A stretch of 64,000 bases of DNA from Malacoraja senta (lineage: Eukaryota), in the NCBI GenBank assembly GCA_038087875.1, contig CM075995.1:994001-1058000 (forward strand). The letters are read 5' to 3'. Below are positions 47,385 through 60,324 of the stretch, one piece after another. A program made the position numbers and the translations under genes. Numbering within the stretch: position 1 is the stretch's first letter; the number at the start of each line of letters is the position of its first letter. The notes below the pieces were generated by a model. The model searched no databases. It was not told the DNA's origin and was given only the letters and a program-made list of their open reading frames with translations.

Positions 47385-48530
47385 GACTTTTGTACTTTAG
47401 AGATACAGCGCGGAAGCAGGCCCTTTGGCCCACCTCGTCCGCACTAACCAGCAATCACCCTGTTCACTAACTCACAAACACGAGGGACATTTTTTTTACA
47501 ACTTACCGAAGCCAATTAACCTACAAACCTGTACATCTTTGAGTGCGGAAGGAAACCGGAGCACCTGGAGAAAACCCACGTGCTCACAGGGAGAAGGTAC
47601 AAACTCCGTACAGACAGCACCCATAGTCAGGATTGAACCCGAGTCTCTAGTGCTGTAATGCCCCTGTCCCACTTAAGAAACCTGAATGGAAACCTCTGGA
47701 GACCTTGCGCCCCACCCAAGGTTTCCGTGAGGTTCCTGGAGGTTTCCGTGAGGTTCCCGGAGGTTTTGGTCACTCTCCCTAAATAATCGAAAGTGGTTTC
47801 CGCGTAGTTGAGGCTTCTTCTATGTTCCTGCGATTATTTCAACAAAACCAGAAACCGGCCTCGACTAAAAATAGGTTGCCGTTTGGTCGAAGCCAGTGGA
47901 GTGGGGTTGCTATTTACTTACAGGCAGTCGAAGGCAATCTCCTTCGCTGACCGGCCATTTTGATTGGCTCATTGGAGTTTTCAGCAAAGATCCTGTAGGA
48001 TCTTTGGTTTTCAGGACCTAGAAGGTCCGCCGGAAGGAAAAATGCCCGCTAACTTTTAAAACCGTCTCCACTCCTTCTCTCCCCCCCTTCTCCCCCCTTC
48101 TCTCCTCTTCTTTCCCCTTCTCTCTCCCCTTCTCTCCCCTTCTCTCCCCTTCTCTCTCCCCTTCTCTGTCCTTCTCTCCCCTTCTTTCCCCTTCTCTCCC
48201 TCCCTCCCTTCCGCACTCTCTAAAGGACTTACCGTGCTCTGTGGCAGCCGTTTACATTACTCTTCATTGCACAGACAGCGCTCCTCCGCTATCCCTGGCC
48301 CCCACCTTCGCGATGTGTTCGTGTGTGTGTGTGTGTGCGGTCGGTATCAAAGATCCTGTAGGTTGCCGCTACGGTCGAGGCTTTCCAAGCAAGTGACCAA
48401 AACCCCTGGCGACTCATGGAAACCTTGGGTGGGGCGCAAGGTCTCCAGAGGTTTCCGTTCAGGTTTCCTAAGTGGGACAGGGGCATTATTTTAGGCAGTA
48501 ACCCTACTGATGGTTTTACTGTGCTGCCCC
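47385..48530 (-). mobile_element. HE1-type SINE split by a MITE
   Basis: SINE sequence ...GTGCTGTAA at 47658 resumes as GGCAGTAACCCTAC at about 48494. Confidence 0.8.
47659..48485. mobile_element. PIF/Harbinger-type MITE with TIRs of about 65 bp
   Basis: TGCCCCTGTCCCACTTA.GAAACCTGAA.GGAAACCTCTGGAGACCTTGCGCCCCACCCAAGGTTTCC is mirrored at about 48418-48485; TAA/TTA flanks; internal CT-rich tract. Confidence 0.85.
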
Positions 48531-48719
48531 GTGTTCTCTGAGCATATGTTAGACTGAAGCTAGTACATAGAGTAAATCTAGTGATTGGTTTAATTTAGTT
48601 TAATATCTTCAGATTTTTATTGCGTCTGAATTGATGTTTTATAGTATTTTAACTTTTACTTTTTAATATATTTTTCTAATTGTTATAAGCTTATTTTTTT
48701 AATAGATCCTCTGTGCAGT

Positions 48720-49640
48720 GGCACAGTGGGGCAGTGGTAGAGTTGCTGCCTTACAGCACCTGAGACCCAGTTGGATCCTGACTATGGGCGCTATCTGTAC
48801 AGAGTTTGTACATTCTCCCTGTGACAGTTGAGTATAGGAGCAAAGAGGTCCTCCTGCAGTTGTACAGGGCCCTGGTGAGGCCACACCCAGAGTATTGTGT
48901 GCAGTTTTGGTCTCTAAACTTGAGGAAGGACATTTTTGCTATTGAGGTAGTGCAGCGTAGGTTCACGAGGTTAATTCCCGGGATGGCGGGACTGTCATAT
49001 GTTGATAGATTGGAACGGCTGGACTTCTATACTCTGGAATTTAGAAGGTTGAGAGGGGATCTTATTGAAACATATAAGATTATTAAGGGCTTGGACATGC
49101 TAGAGGCCGGAAACATGTTCCCAATGTTGGGGAGTCCAGAACCTGGGGCCATAGTTTAAGAATAAGTGGTAAGCCATTTAGAACGGCGATGAGGAAAAAC
49201 TTTTTCACACGGAGAGTTGTGAGTGTGTGGAATTCTCTGCCTCAAAGGGCGGTGGAGGCTGGTTCTCTAGATGCTTTCAAGATAGAGTTAGATAGGGCTC
49301 TTATGGATAGCGGAGTTAAGGTATATGGAGAGAAGGCAGGAACGGGGTACTGATTGTGGATGATCAGCCATGATCACATTGAATGGCGGTGCTGGCTTGA
49401 AGGGCCGAATGGCCTACACCTGCACCTATTGTTTATTGTATTGACCGTGTGCGTTTTGGCCGGGCGCTCCGGTTTCCTCCCACACTCCAAAGATGTACAT
49501 GTTTGGCGGTTAATCGGCTTTGATAAAATACTAAATTGTTCCTCGTGTGTAGGATAGTGCTAGTGTACAGGGTAATCACTGGTCAGCGTGGACACGGTGG
49601 CCTGAAGGACCTGTTTCTGCACTGTATCTCTAAAGTCTAA
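48720..49640 (+). mobile_element. HE1-type SINE interrupted by a CR1 3' fragment (48826-49441, TGAC duplication)
   Basis: SINE ...CTCCCTGTGAC|CR1|TGACCGTGTG...; the CR1 encodes LYRALVRPHPEYCVQFW. Confidence 0.85.
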
Positions 49641-50260
49641 TATGATTTTTTTATGTTTATGGATGTCCATGATATTGATCGATGTTCAGTAACATTGGCA
49701 ACTTTGACTGTTTGTGAGTTTGGAGACAGAATCTCACTGGCTGGTAAATATGTTCAGTTATGCTGAGAGTAGCCTGCACTGCGCTAGCATTGGAAATGTG
49801 TTGAAAATCAGGGTCCCTGTAGATGAGTACACTTGGAACCAAACTGCAAGAGGCAACATGACCTGGGACAGTAAATAAAGGCAAGAGGTTTAATTCAATT
49901 TCCCACACTCATCTCATACATACGTACACACACATGCTGATGTATTGGCTCATACACACTCATGCACATGTACACACACAGCTGATCAATACTGTTTATA
50001 ATTTAGTTTTTAATAAGAAAAGTACTCAGAAACAGGCTATCGCAATGGGCAAATAACTGCTTTTGTTAATTAGAAGCATTTTTTTTAAAACTATGCAGCT
50101 AGACAGGCAAGGATTCTATTTAAAACCCAATCATATTGTTGAATATGTGGGTGTGCTGTAGATCACCGGATGAGAGCATCTAGCAGATGGTTAATGGATC
50201 AACATGCATTTTTGAAAAGGAGCCCTCCTGCCTTTTAATTAATTAAAATTTTAATTATAT

Positions 50261-50876
50261 CTAGACCAAGTGGGACCCGTTGGGCCCCTTTCCCCAACGC
50301 AATAATCCACCATTCACCTGTTCCCCTAACAAAACCCGTTTCCACCACTCACCCAAAGCCCCAACAAAAACTATTGCACCACTCACCCATAGCCCCCAAC
50401 TGCGCAGGGACTGCTCAATTTGCATTATTCACACTCCCTCATTTTAAACTTTAAACAAAATCAGTGTACTGTAACTTTAATAAAAATACATTTGCACCTG
50501 CTAGAGCTGGGAAGGCTACAATCCCATTGTGACATCATTGTCAGCGTATGTAAATGAGATCCCATTGTGATTGTATGACTGTGAAATGCCATTGTGACAT
50601 CATCACTGGAAGGTACCAGAAAAATCTCAAAGCAGAGTCACAGTTATTCTTCTCAGTTGGGTTTTTTAAAACTTTAATCATCAATAACTATAAATAGTGA
50701 AATATAGCATCAAATCTGAAGGGAACCTGATTATGTCGTGGACGGGGAAAATGTGAGTGAGAATGTGGGAAAATGTCAGCGCTCCCGGGTAGCGTTTTGA
50801 CGAAGATACAAAAAAACACATACACCTATACATACATACACAGGCATACAAACAAGATAAGACTTTTATAAGTATA
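50261..50876 (-). mobile_element. Non-autonomous Helitron-like element 1
   Basis: Minus-strand 3' end GGGGCCC-AAC-GGGTCCC hairpin, then ACTTGGT and CTAG. 5' region TATACTTATAAAAG followed by a (TGTA)-type microsatellite. Confidence 0.72.
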
Positions 50877-51169
50877 CTAGACCAAGTGCAGACCCGTTGG
50901 GTCTGGACACCGAACGTGCGTTTGTGTGGGGGGGGGGGGGAAGGCTGTGGCGTCACACTAATCACCCCCTTTCCTCCAAAGCACGTAATCCGGCACCCAC
51001 AAACACACAAACTCATCACACCCCTTGATATTATTTTTAATTTTTTAATTTGCTTCTTTTATCCCATCTCCACCCTATCCACTGACGAATAGCCCTCACC
51101 TCTCAGATGCGTCTAGAAGTGTTGGGGCAGAGGGAAAATTTAATGTTAGAAAAAAAAAATTTGAAGAGG

Positions 51170-52920
51170 GAGAGGAAGGGGGAGAGAGGAGAGGGGTGGA
51201 GAGAGGAAAGAGAGGATGGGAAGAGAGGTGAAGGGGGGGGTTGGAGCAGGCGTGCACGAGTCGAGTCGCGGGCTGTGAAGAGAGAAGGGCAGAGAGAGAG
51301 AGAGAGAGAGATGGGAGAGACAGAGAGACTGGTACACAAAAAAAAGCTTGAGAAACACAGCGGGTGCAGCAGCATCTATTGAGCGAAGGAAATAGGCAAC
51401 GCTTTGGGCCGAAGCCCATCCTCAGACTGGTTTTCTACCAAAACGTTGCCTATTTACTTCGATCCATAGATGCTGCTGCACCCGCTGATGATATACAGGT
51501 TTTTTTTGTGTACCTTCGATTTTCCAGCATCTGTAGTTCCGTGTTAAAGACAGAGAAACTGTTGGCGGGCTGTTTTCCCAACGCGCGTTTGCGGGAGGGG
51601 GGGTGGGCTGCGGCATCGCACTCACACTAACCACCCCCCAAACTCACACTAACCACCCCCAAACACACTCGGGGGGATGGGGTGAGGGGGGGAGAGGAAG
51701 ACGGGGTGGGGAGAGAAGAGGGGAGAGGAAGACGGGGTGGGGAGAGAAGAGGAGAGGGGAAGGAGGGTGGAGAGGAAGGGGGAGAGAGGAGAGGGGTGGA
51801 GAGAGGAAAGAGAGGATGGGGAGAGAGGTGAAGGGGGGGGGTTGGAGCGGGCGTGCATGAGTTGAGCCGCGGGCTGTGAAGAGAGAAGGGCAGAGAGAGA
51901 GAGAGAGAGACTGGTACACAAAAAAACCTGGAGAAACACAGCGGGTGCAGCAGCATCTATGGAGCGAAGGAAATAGGCAACGCTTTGGGTCGAAGCCCAT
52001 CCTCAGAATGGTTTTCTACCGAAACGTTGCATATTTTCTTTGATCCGTAGATGCTGCTGCACCCGCTGATGATATACAGGTTTTTTTTGTGTACCTTCGA
52101 TTTTCCAGCATCTGTAGTTCGGTGTTAAAGACAGAGAAACTGTTGGCGGGCTGCTTTCCCAACGCGCGTTTGCGGGAGGGGGGGTGGGCTGCGGCATCGC
52201 ACTCATACTAACCACCCCCCAAACTCACACTAACCACCCCCAAACACACTCGGGGGGATGGGGTGAGGGGGGGAGAGGAAGACGGGGTGGGGAGAGAAGA
52301 GGGGAGAGGAAGACGGGGTGGGGAGAGAAGAGGAGAGGGGGAAGGAGGGTGGAGAGGAAGGGGGAGAGAGGAGAGGGGTGGAGAGAGGAAAGAGAGGATG
52401 GGGGAGAGAGGTGAAGGGGGGGGGGGTTGGAGCGGGCGTGCATGAGTTGAGCCGCGGGCTGTGAAGAAAGAAGGGCAGAGAGAGAGAGAGAGAGAGACTG
52501 GTACACAAAAGAAAACTGGAGAAACACAGCGGGTGCAGCAGCATCTATGGAGCGAAGGAAATAGGCAACGCTTTGGGTCGAAGCCCATCCTCAGAATGGT
52601 TTTCTACCGAAACGTTGCATATTTTCTTTGATCCGTAGATGCTGCTGAACCCGCTGATGATATACAGTTTTTTTTTGTGTAACTTCGATTTTCCAGCATC
52701 TGCAGTTTCCGTCTTAAAGACAGAGAGACTGTTGGCGGGCTGTTTTCCCAACGCGCGTTTGCGGGAGGGGGGGGGCTGCGGCATCACACTCACACTAACC
52801 ACCCCCCAAACTCACACTAACCACCCCCAAACACACTCGGGGGGAGGGGGGAGAGGAAGACGGGGTGGGGAGAGAAGAGGGGAGAGGGAGACGGGGTGGG
52901 GAGAGAAGAGGAGAGGGGGA
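51170..52920. repeat. About three tandem copies of a 585-bp unit
   Basis: CTGGTACACAAAA recurs at about 51330, 51911 and 52498. Each unit holds a GA tract and a hammerhead-type palindrome. Confidence 0.9.
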
Positions 52921-54584
52921 AGGAGGGGAGAGGGGGAAGAGGAAAGGGGAGAGATTGGGGAGGGAGAGGAGATCAGGGTGGGTGAGAGGGAGGGGGAGGA
53001 GAGTTTGGAGTGGGAGGAGAGCGGGGAGGGCAGGAAGGGGGGAGAGGGGGGAGGGGATGAGGGGAAGGGGAGAGGAGTAGGGGAAGAGAGGGAGGGAGAG
53101 GGAGAGAGGGAGGGGGAGTGAGAGAGGTGGGGGAGGGAGAGGGGAACAGTGGGGAGTGATGGGCAGAGGGGTAGTGGGGAGTGGTGCAAGAGAGAGGTGA
53201 AGGGGGTGGGGGGGAGATGGGAGTGAAGAGGGGTGGTGGAGGGGGAAGAGAGGGGGTGGGAGGGGAGGGAGGGGGAGAGGAGAGAGGGGGAAGAGTGGGG
53301 AGGGAGAGTTGAAGTAGGAGGGGTAGGGGCAGTCCATCTGTTTCAAATTCCTATCACCCCCAATCCTCTTTCTCTATTGCCACAAACATGACGACGCCCT
53401 TCGACACAGGCTGCGGGATGGGGGGGAGGGGCTGGGGCTGTGGCTGCTGCAAAGGCATATGTAAACGGATTCATTCCGATTGGACATCTGTGAGCATTGT
53501 GCATTGTGACATCATTCTATGGCTGAGCTGTTTTTTTTAACATTTTGATGAATGTTTGGTTTGGGGGCGGGAGAGGTATTTTATTTTAAAAAGTGTACAT
53601 AAACACGACCAAATTTAATCAGGATTGTCTATTCGTTAAAGATAAACGTAATCTCTTTAGAAACGGTAAAAAAATATCGGCGTTTCCGCGTGCTGTGTGG
53701 GCCTAGAGCGGTATCAAAGGGGATTTGTGACACGTCAGGCGGATGGCAGACACAAGTCAGGCAGACCAAGTGCAGACCCGTTGGGTCTGGACACCGAACG
53801 TGCGTTTGGGGCGGGGGGCTGTGACGTCACACTAACCACCCGTTGGGTCTGTACCTCCAAAGCTGGGTTGCGGGGTGTGAATCTGGGCACCCACAAACAC
53901 ACACACTCATCACACCCCTTGATATTATATTAATATTTAATTTTCTTCTTTTATTCCATCTCCACCCTATCCACTGACGAATAGCCCTCACCTCTCAGGT
54001 AGTCTCGAGGGGGGTGGTGCAGAGAGAGAAAATTTAATGTTAGAAAAAAAAATTGTGAGGTGGGGGAGGAGGAGGGTGAGAGGATGGAGGGTGAGGAAGG
54101 TGGGGAGAGAGGAGGGTGAGAGAGGAGAGGGGGTGGAGAGGGAAGAAGAGGATGGGGAGAGAGGTGAAAGGGGTGGGTTGGAGCAGGCGTGCATGAGTTG
54201 AGTCGCGGGCTGTGAAGAGAGAAGGGCAGAGAGAGAGAGAGAGGGGAGAGACAGATAGACTGGTACACACAATAAAACTCGAGAAACACTGCGGGTGCAG
54301 CAGCATCTATGGAGTGAAGGAAATAGGCAATGCTTTTGGCGGAAACCCATCCTCAGACGGGTTTTCACGAAACGTTGTCTATTTCTTTTGATACATAGAT
54401 GCTGCTTGCACCACTGAGGTTATGAAGCATTTTTTTGTGTACCTTTGATTTTCAAGCATCTGCAGTTCTGTCTTAAAGACAGAGAGACTGTTGGCGGGCT
54501 GTTTGGCTGTTTTCCCAACGCGCGTTTGCGGGAGGGGGGGGCTGCGGCATCACACTCACACTAACCACCCCCCAAACACAGGCG

Positions 54585-55510
54585 GGGGGAGGGGTTGAGA
54601 GGAAGACGGGGTGGGGAGAGAAGAGGGGGAGAGGGAGACGGGTGTTGGGGAGAGGGGGAGGGAGGGGAGAGGGGGAGGAGGAAAGGGGAGAAATTGGTGA
54701 GGGAGAAGAGAGCAGGGTGGGGAGAGGGAGGGTGAGGAGAGTGGTAGAAGAGCGGGGAGGGCAGGAAGGGGGGGAGAGGGGGGGAGGGGGATGTTAGAGG
54801 TGGAGAGAGGGGATGAGGGGAAGGGGAGAGGAGTAGGGGAAGAGAGGGAGAAAAGGAGGGGGGAGGATAGAGGTGGGGGAGGGGAGAGTGGAGGAGTGGG
54901 GAGTGAGAGAGAAGGGAGGGGGGAGAGGGGTGGGGGAGGGGGTTGTGGAGGGAGATGGGGATGGGTTTGGGAGTTAAGTGGAAGAATGGGGAGGGAGATG
55001 GAGAGGTGTAGGGGAGTGGTGGAAGTGGGAGAGAGGGAGGGGGAGAGGTGTAGGGGGAGTGGTTTGAAGAGGGATAGCGGGGAAGGGGACGGGGTGAGAG
55101 AGGGAAGGGGGATGTGGGAGAGAGTAATGGGGGTGGGAGGAGGAGGGGATGAGAGGGAGAGGGGTGAGGAGAAGGGGATGGAGGGGGAGGAGAGAGGGGT
55201 GGGTAAGGTGAGGAGAAGGGTAGAGAGGTGTGGGGGGAGGGTGGAGGGTGGCGACGGGGTTGGGAGAGAAGAGGGGAGGGGGGGAGGGGGGAGGGGGGAG
55301 AGGGAGACGGGGTGGGGAGAGAAGAGGGGAGGGAGGGGGAGGGAGGGGAGAGAGGGGGAGGAGGAAAGGGGAGAGATTGGTGAGGGAGAAGAGAGCAGGG
55401 TGGGGGGAGAGGGACGGGAGGAGAGTGGGGGAGTGGGAGGAGAGCGGGGAGGGCAGGGAAGGGGGGAGGGGGGGAGGGGATGTTAGAGGTGGAGAGAGGG
55501 GATGCGGGGT
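54585..55510 (+). repeat. Long G/A-rich low-complexity tract (a similar one at about 52840-53330)
   Basis: Strongly purine-biased plus strand with many G4-G8 runs; source of spurious Pro/Ser/Leu ORFs. Confidence 0.9.
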
Positions 55511-56448
55511 AGGGACAGTCCATCTGTTACCCATTCCTATCACCCCAATCCTCTTTCTCTATTGCCACACACGTGACGACGCCCTTCGACACAGGCTGGG
55601 GGTGAGGGGCTGGGGCTGGGGCTGCTGCCAAGGCATATGTAAATTGGTTCATTCCGATTTGGACATCTTTGAGCATTGGGCATTGTGACATCACAAAACG
55701 GAACCTTCATTAATATTCTATTGCTGAGAGCTGTTTTTTTTAAAACATTTTGAAATTTCCCCATTCCCTATCCCCCCCACACACGTGACGACGCCTTTCG
55801 ACAGAGGCTGTGGGGTTGGGGGGAGGGGCTTGGGCTGTGGGTGCTGCCAAGGCATATGTAAACGGATTCATTTCGATTTGTCACACGTGTCGCAGGGCGT
55901 CGCCACGTGTGTGGGGGTGATAGGGAATGGGGGAAATTTCAAAATGTTAAACAAACAGCTCTCAGCAATAGAATGTAAATTAAGGTTCCGTTTTGTGATG
56001 TCACAATGCCCAATGCTGCGGGGGTTGAGGGGGAGGGGCCGGGGCTTGGGTCGCTGCAAAGGCATATGTAAATGGATCCATTCCGATTGGACATCTGTGA
56101 CCATTGTGCATTGTGACATCACACAACGGAATCTTTACTAACATTCTACGGCTGAGCTGTTTTTTTAAACATTTTGAAATGTTTGGTTTGGGGGGGGAGA
56201 GAGGTATTTTATTTTAAAAAGCGTACCTAAACACGACCAAATTTAATCAGGATCGTCTATTCGTAAAGATAAACGTAACCTCTTTAGAAACGGTAAAAAA
56301 TATCGGCGTTTCCGCGTGCCGCGGTGGGGCGCGGGGGCGGTATCAAAGGCGGGGACATGTCAAGCAGAACGTTGGACGTAGAGACGTACAGAACGTTGGA
56401 CGTACAGACGTACAGACGGACGGCAGCCAGAGAGTTTCAAAAGTATAT

Positions 56449-56539
56449 AGATAGATAGATAGATAGAAGATATAGTTGGATAGATAGATAGATATAGATA
56501 TAGATATAGATATAGATAGATATATAGATATAGATAGAT
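56449..56539. repeat. (GATA)n/(GATATA)n microsatellite
   Basis: Directly visible. Confidence 0.95.
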
Positions 56540-56587
56540 GGGAAGAATCTGCCACCCCAACCCAGCACAGCAAAGTTTAATGTTAAG

Positions 56588-58240
56588 AAAGAACTGCAGA
56601 TGCTGGAAGGTAGACAAAAATGCTGGAGAGGAGGGGGGGGGGGGGGGCAGGAAGAAGAAAGGAAGAAAGGAAGAGGCGGAGACAGTAGGCTGTGGGAGAG
56701 CTGGGGAGGGGAAGGAGGGATAGAGCAAGGACTACCTGAAATTGGAGGTCAATGTTCATACGCTGGGATGTAAACTGCCCAATGCGAAATATGAGGTGCT
56801 GCTCCTCCAATTTGCGGTGGGACTCACTCTGACCATGGAGAAGGCCCAGGACAGAAAGGTCGGATTCGGAATGGGAGGGGGAGTTGAAGTGCTGGGGCAC
56901 TGGGAGATCAGGTTGGTTAGTTCGAACCGAGCGGAGGTGTTGGGCGAAGCGATCGCCAAGCCTACGCTTGGTCTCACCGATATAGAGCAGCTGACACCTA
57001 GAGCAGCGGATGCAATAGATGAGGTTGGAGGAGGTGCAGGTGAACCTCTGCCTCACCTGGAAAGACTGCTTGTGTCCTTGGATGGAGTCAGGGGGGAGGT
57101 TAAAGCGACAAGTGTAGCATTTCCTGCGGTTGCAAGAGAAAGTACCAGGGGAGTGGGTGGTTTGTGTGGGAAGGGATGAATTGACCAGGGAGTTACGGAG
57201 GGAGCGGTCTCTGCGGAAAGCCGAAAGGGGAGGAGATGGGAAGATGTGGCCAGTGATGGAATCCCGTTGGAGGTGACGAAAATGCCGGAGGATTATCTGT
57301 TGTATGTGACGGCTCTTGGGGTGGAAGGTGAGGACAAGGGGGGACTCTGCCCTTCTTACGAGTTGGGGAGTGAGAGCGGAGCTATGGGATATAGAAGAGA
57401 CCCTGGTGAGAGCCTCATCTATCGTCAAAGAGGGGAACCCCCGTTCCCTAAAGAATGAGGACATCTCCGATGCCCTGGTTGTGGAACACCTCATCCTGGG
57501 AGCAGATGCGGCGTAGACGGAGGAACTGGGAGTAGGGGATAGAGTCCTTACAGGAAGCAGGGTGGGAAGAAGTGTAGTCCAGATAGCCGTGGAAGTCAGT
57601 GGGTTTGTAGTAGATGTCGATCAGTAGTCTGTTACCTGCGATGGAGATAGTGAGGTCTAGAAACGGTAGTGAGTCGGAAATGGTCCAGGTGAATTTGAGT
57701 GCTGGATGGAAGTTAGTGGTGAAATGGATGAAGTCAGTGACTTCTGCATGGGTGCAGGAGGTAGCACCGAATGCAGTCGTCAATGTACCGGAGGTAGAGT
57801 TCAGGGATAGGGCCATGGTACGCCTCGAACAAGGATTGTTCGACGTACCCTACAAAGAGGCAGGCGTTGCTGGGGCCCATGCGCGTGCCCACAGCTACGC
57901 CTTGGATTTGGAAGAAATGGGAGGAGTCAAGGAAAAGTTGTTGAGGGTAAGGACCAGCTCTGCTAGGCGGAGGAGAGTATTTATAGACGGGGATTGGTTG
58001 GTTCTGCGGTCGAGGAAGAAACGGAGGGTTTTAAGACCCTCCTGATGGGGGATGGAGGTGTAGAGTGACTGGACATCCATGGTGAAGATGAGTGGGGGCC
58101 TGGAAACGGAATCATGGAGGAGACGAAGAACGTGTGAGGTGTCTTGGACATAGGTGGGGAGGGATTTGACCAGGGGGGATAGGATGGAGTCGAGGTATGT
58201 GGAAATAGGTTCGGTGGGACACGAGCAAGCAGAAACAATG
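56588..58240 (-). mobile_element. Penelope-like retroelement, 5'-truncated (RT + GIY-YIG endonuclease), frameshifted
   Basis: FTMDVQSLYTSIPH, LPFLDLTI and YYKPTD (PLE RT); NLIYCIRCSRCQLLYIGETKRRLGDRFAQH (GIY-YIG). Confidence 0.93.
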
Positions 58241-58304
58241 CGTCTTTTTTTGTCTACCAGCAAAGATTGGATTTGGATAACAAAAGATGGCCTTGTCGGT
58301 GGCA

Positions 58305-58872
58305 CCTATATCACATTAAATCTTAGTGCAATTTCATTTTTTTTATAGTTAATGAGGGAGGGTGAAAAAATGAACCGACCTGCACAGTTGGGGGCTATGG
58401 GTGAGTGGTGGAATATTATATTGGGGGAAACGGGTTGCGTTGTAACGGTTGAGTGGTGGGAACGTTTCGTTGGTGACCGGTTTGCGTTGGGGGACCAGCC
58501 TCCCATGGGGGCTATGGGTGAGTGGTCGAATATTGCGTTAAAAATGAGCCGACCTGCACAGTTGGGGGCTATGGGTGAGTGGTGGAATATTGCATTGGGG
58601 GAACGGGTGTGTGATGGAATCTTACGTTGGGGAACGGATTGCGTTGGGGGACCAGGCCTCCCGTGTGACAGGGACCCAACGGGTGAGTGGTGGAATCTTG
58701 CGTTGGGGAACGGGTTGCTTTGGGGACCAGGCCTCTCGTGGGGGCTATGGTGAGTGGTAGAATATTGCGTTGGGGGAACGGGTGAGTGGTGGAAACGGGT
58801 TGCATTGGGGAACGGGTGAGTGCTGGATTATTGCGTTGGGGGACGGGGCCCAACGGGTCCCACTTGGTCTGG
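58305..58872 (+). mobile_element. Helitron-like element 3, related to element 1 and inverted relative to it
   Basis: Ends GGGGCCCAACGGGTCCC-ACTTGGT-CTGG|T (CTRR). The internal GGGTGAGTGGTGGAAT minisatellite is the reverse complement of 50300-50410. 5' boundary uncertain. Confidence 0.7.
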
Positions 58873-60324
58873 TATTCCTCTAAAACTTTCCTGTCTGTGC
58901 AAATGACTTTTAAATATTGTTATAGTATCTGTCTCAACTACTTCCTTTGACAGCTCGTTCCATATACCCACCATCCTCTGTGTGGAAAAGGTTACCCCTC
59001 CGATTTCTATCAATTCTTTCCCCTATCACCTAAAACCTATGCCCGATTAATATGAATATTATTCACTTTTCTAGCAAGTTTATATCGTAATTGAGGAAAA
59101 AGTATTTTTGCATCTGGCTAACAAATGGATCAGCAAAGGATCCATTTTAAAGCTATCATGTTTAAATTAACTTTATTTCTCAATTGGCAAAGTACTGGAT
59201 TATGTTTTTGTATAATCTGAGCGTGATCATTTTTTAATAGCTCAGGTTATTTAAAACAGTGAATGTTAGGAACGTACAGCAGATTAGTCAATAATTTAGG
59301 TAAAAACAGCACGTTTGCACAGATATTTGTCACAACTTTCATGAAAGGTTCTTAACTACAACACCTTTATTTCTTGTAGTTCTCTCCCATCTCCTCTCCT
59401 ACTAGCAAGAGGGTTCACCTTGACCTCTCGTTCCATTTTACTAGTATCCACATTCAATGCATCATCCCCCATAATTTCTACAAGGAGAAATATCTTCCCT
59501 GGACCTCCCATTTTCAACACTCTGAAGAGACTGTTCTTAATTTTCTGTTCCTTGTTTTCATCTCCACATCACTCCCTGTCCCATCACATTTTCCTCTGCA
59601 ACCACAGGAGAAGCGATGCCTACACTTGTCTCTTCTTCCGAGCCATCAAATAGTTCTTCAAGATGAAGTAGCGGTACACTTGCACTTCCAATTTTGTGAA
59701 TTGCTCATGACGTCATCTCCTCTACGTTAGAGAAACGCAATGCAGATTGTACAAGTACCTTCAGTCTGCAAGGGCCCACCACTTTAAAGCTGGGGAATGC
59801 TACTTTATCAACCAGCTAGGTACTTTCTGCCCTTATGACTCAATATTCCCTTTCAATCATTAAATGGAATCATTATTTTTACCTCGAAGGTAGACACAAA
59901 ATGCTGGAGTAACTCAGCGGGACAGGCAGCATCTCTGGAGAGAAGGAATGGGTGACGTTTCAGGTCGTTTTTACCTTGTCTCCCTCTCTTAGTTTGCTTC
60001 TCTTATGTCTTCAAATGCTGTTTTTATTTTAAAGGACTGGTTGGTCTGCACCATATCATAGACATACCTTCTGTCTGTTCATTCCTTCCCTTTGCTGCAG
60101 TTTCTTTTATTCCATTCAGTATTCTTTGACGGACATACTGTGTCATCCCATCTAAAGGGGCAACACTGAGTGTTACTATCCCTTGGAACAAGCTTAATAT
60201 TGGCCAAGTGAAGGCTAGACACAGAGGCTTGCAGTGATGAAGCTGCAAATGGAATTCTTTGGTGGAATTGAGTTGAGCTGAATTGTGAAATGGCAGGAAC
60301 AGAATGGAGGACTTGGAGCTTAGG

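Larger units (their letters stand above)
50877..56451 (-). mobile_element. Tandem composite Helitron-like array: two large units (about 50877-53760 and 53763-56451) with internal 585-bp repeats
   Basis: 3' end CAGACCC-AAC-GGGTCTG hairpin then CTAG|T at 50877; the hairpin recurs at about 53773; 5' end A|TCTATATACTTTTGAAA at 56451. Both units share the same ordered blocks. Confidence 0.72.

Noticed and set aside
51096..55688. Many long Pro/Ser/Leu- or Gly/Glu/Arg-rich ORFs
   Set aside because: Translations of low-complexity GA/CT tracts and tandem repeats.
58380..58840. CRISPR-like repeat array (GGGTGAGTGGTGGAAT units)
   Set aside because: Eukaryotic context, irregular spacing, spacers similar to each other, no cas genes; it is a TE-internal minisatellite.
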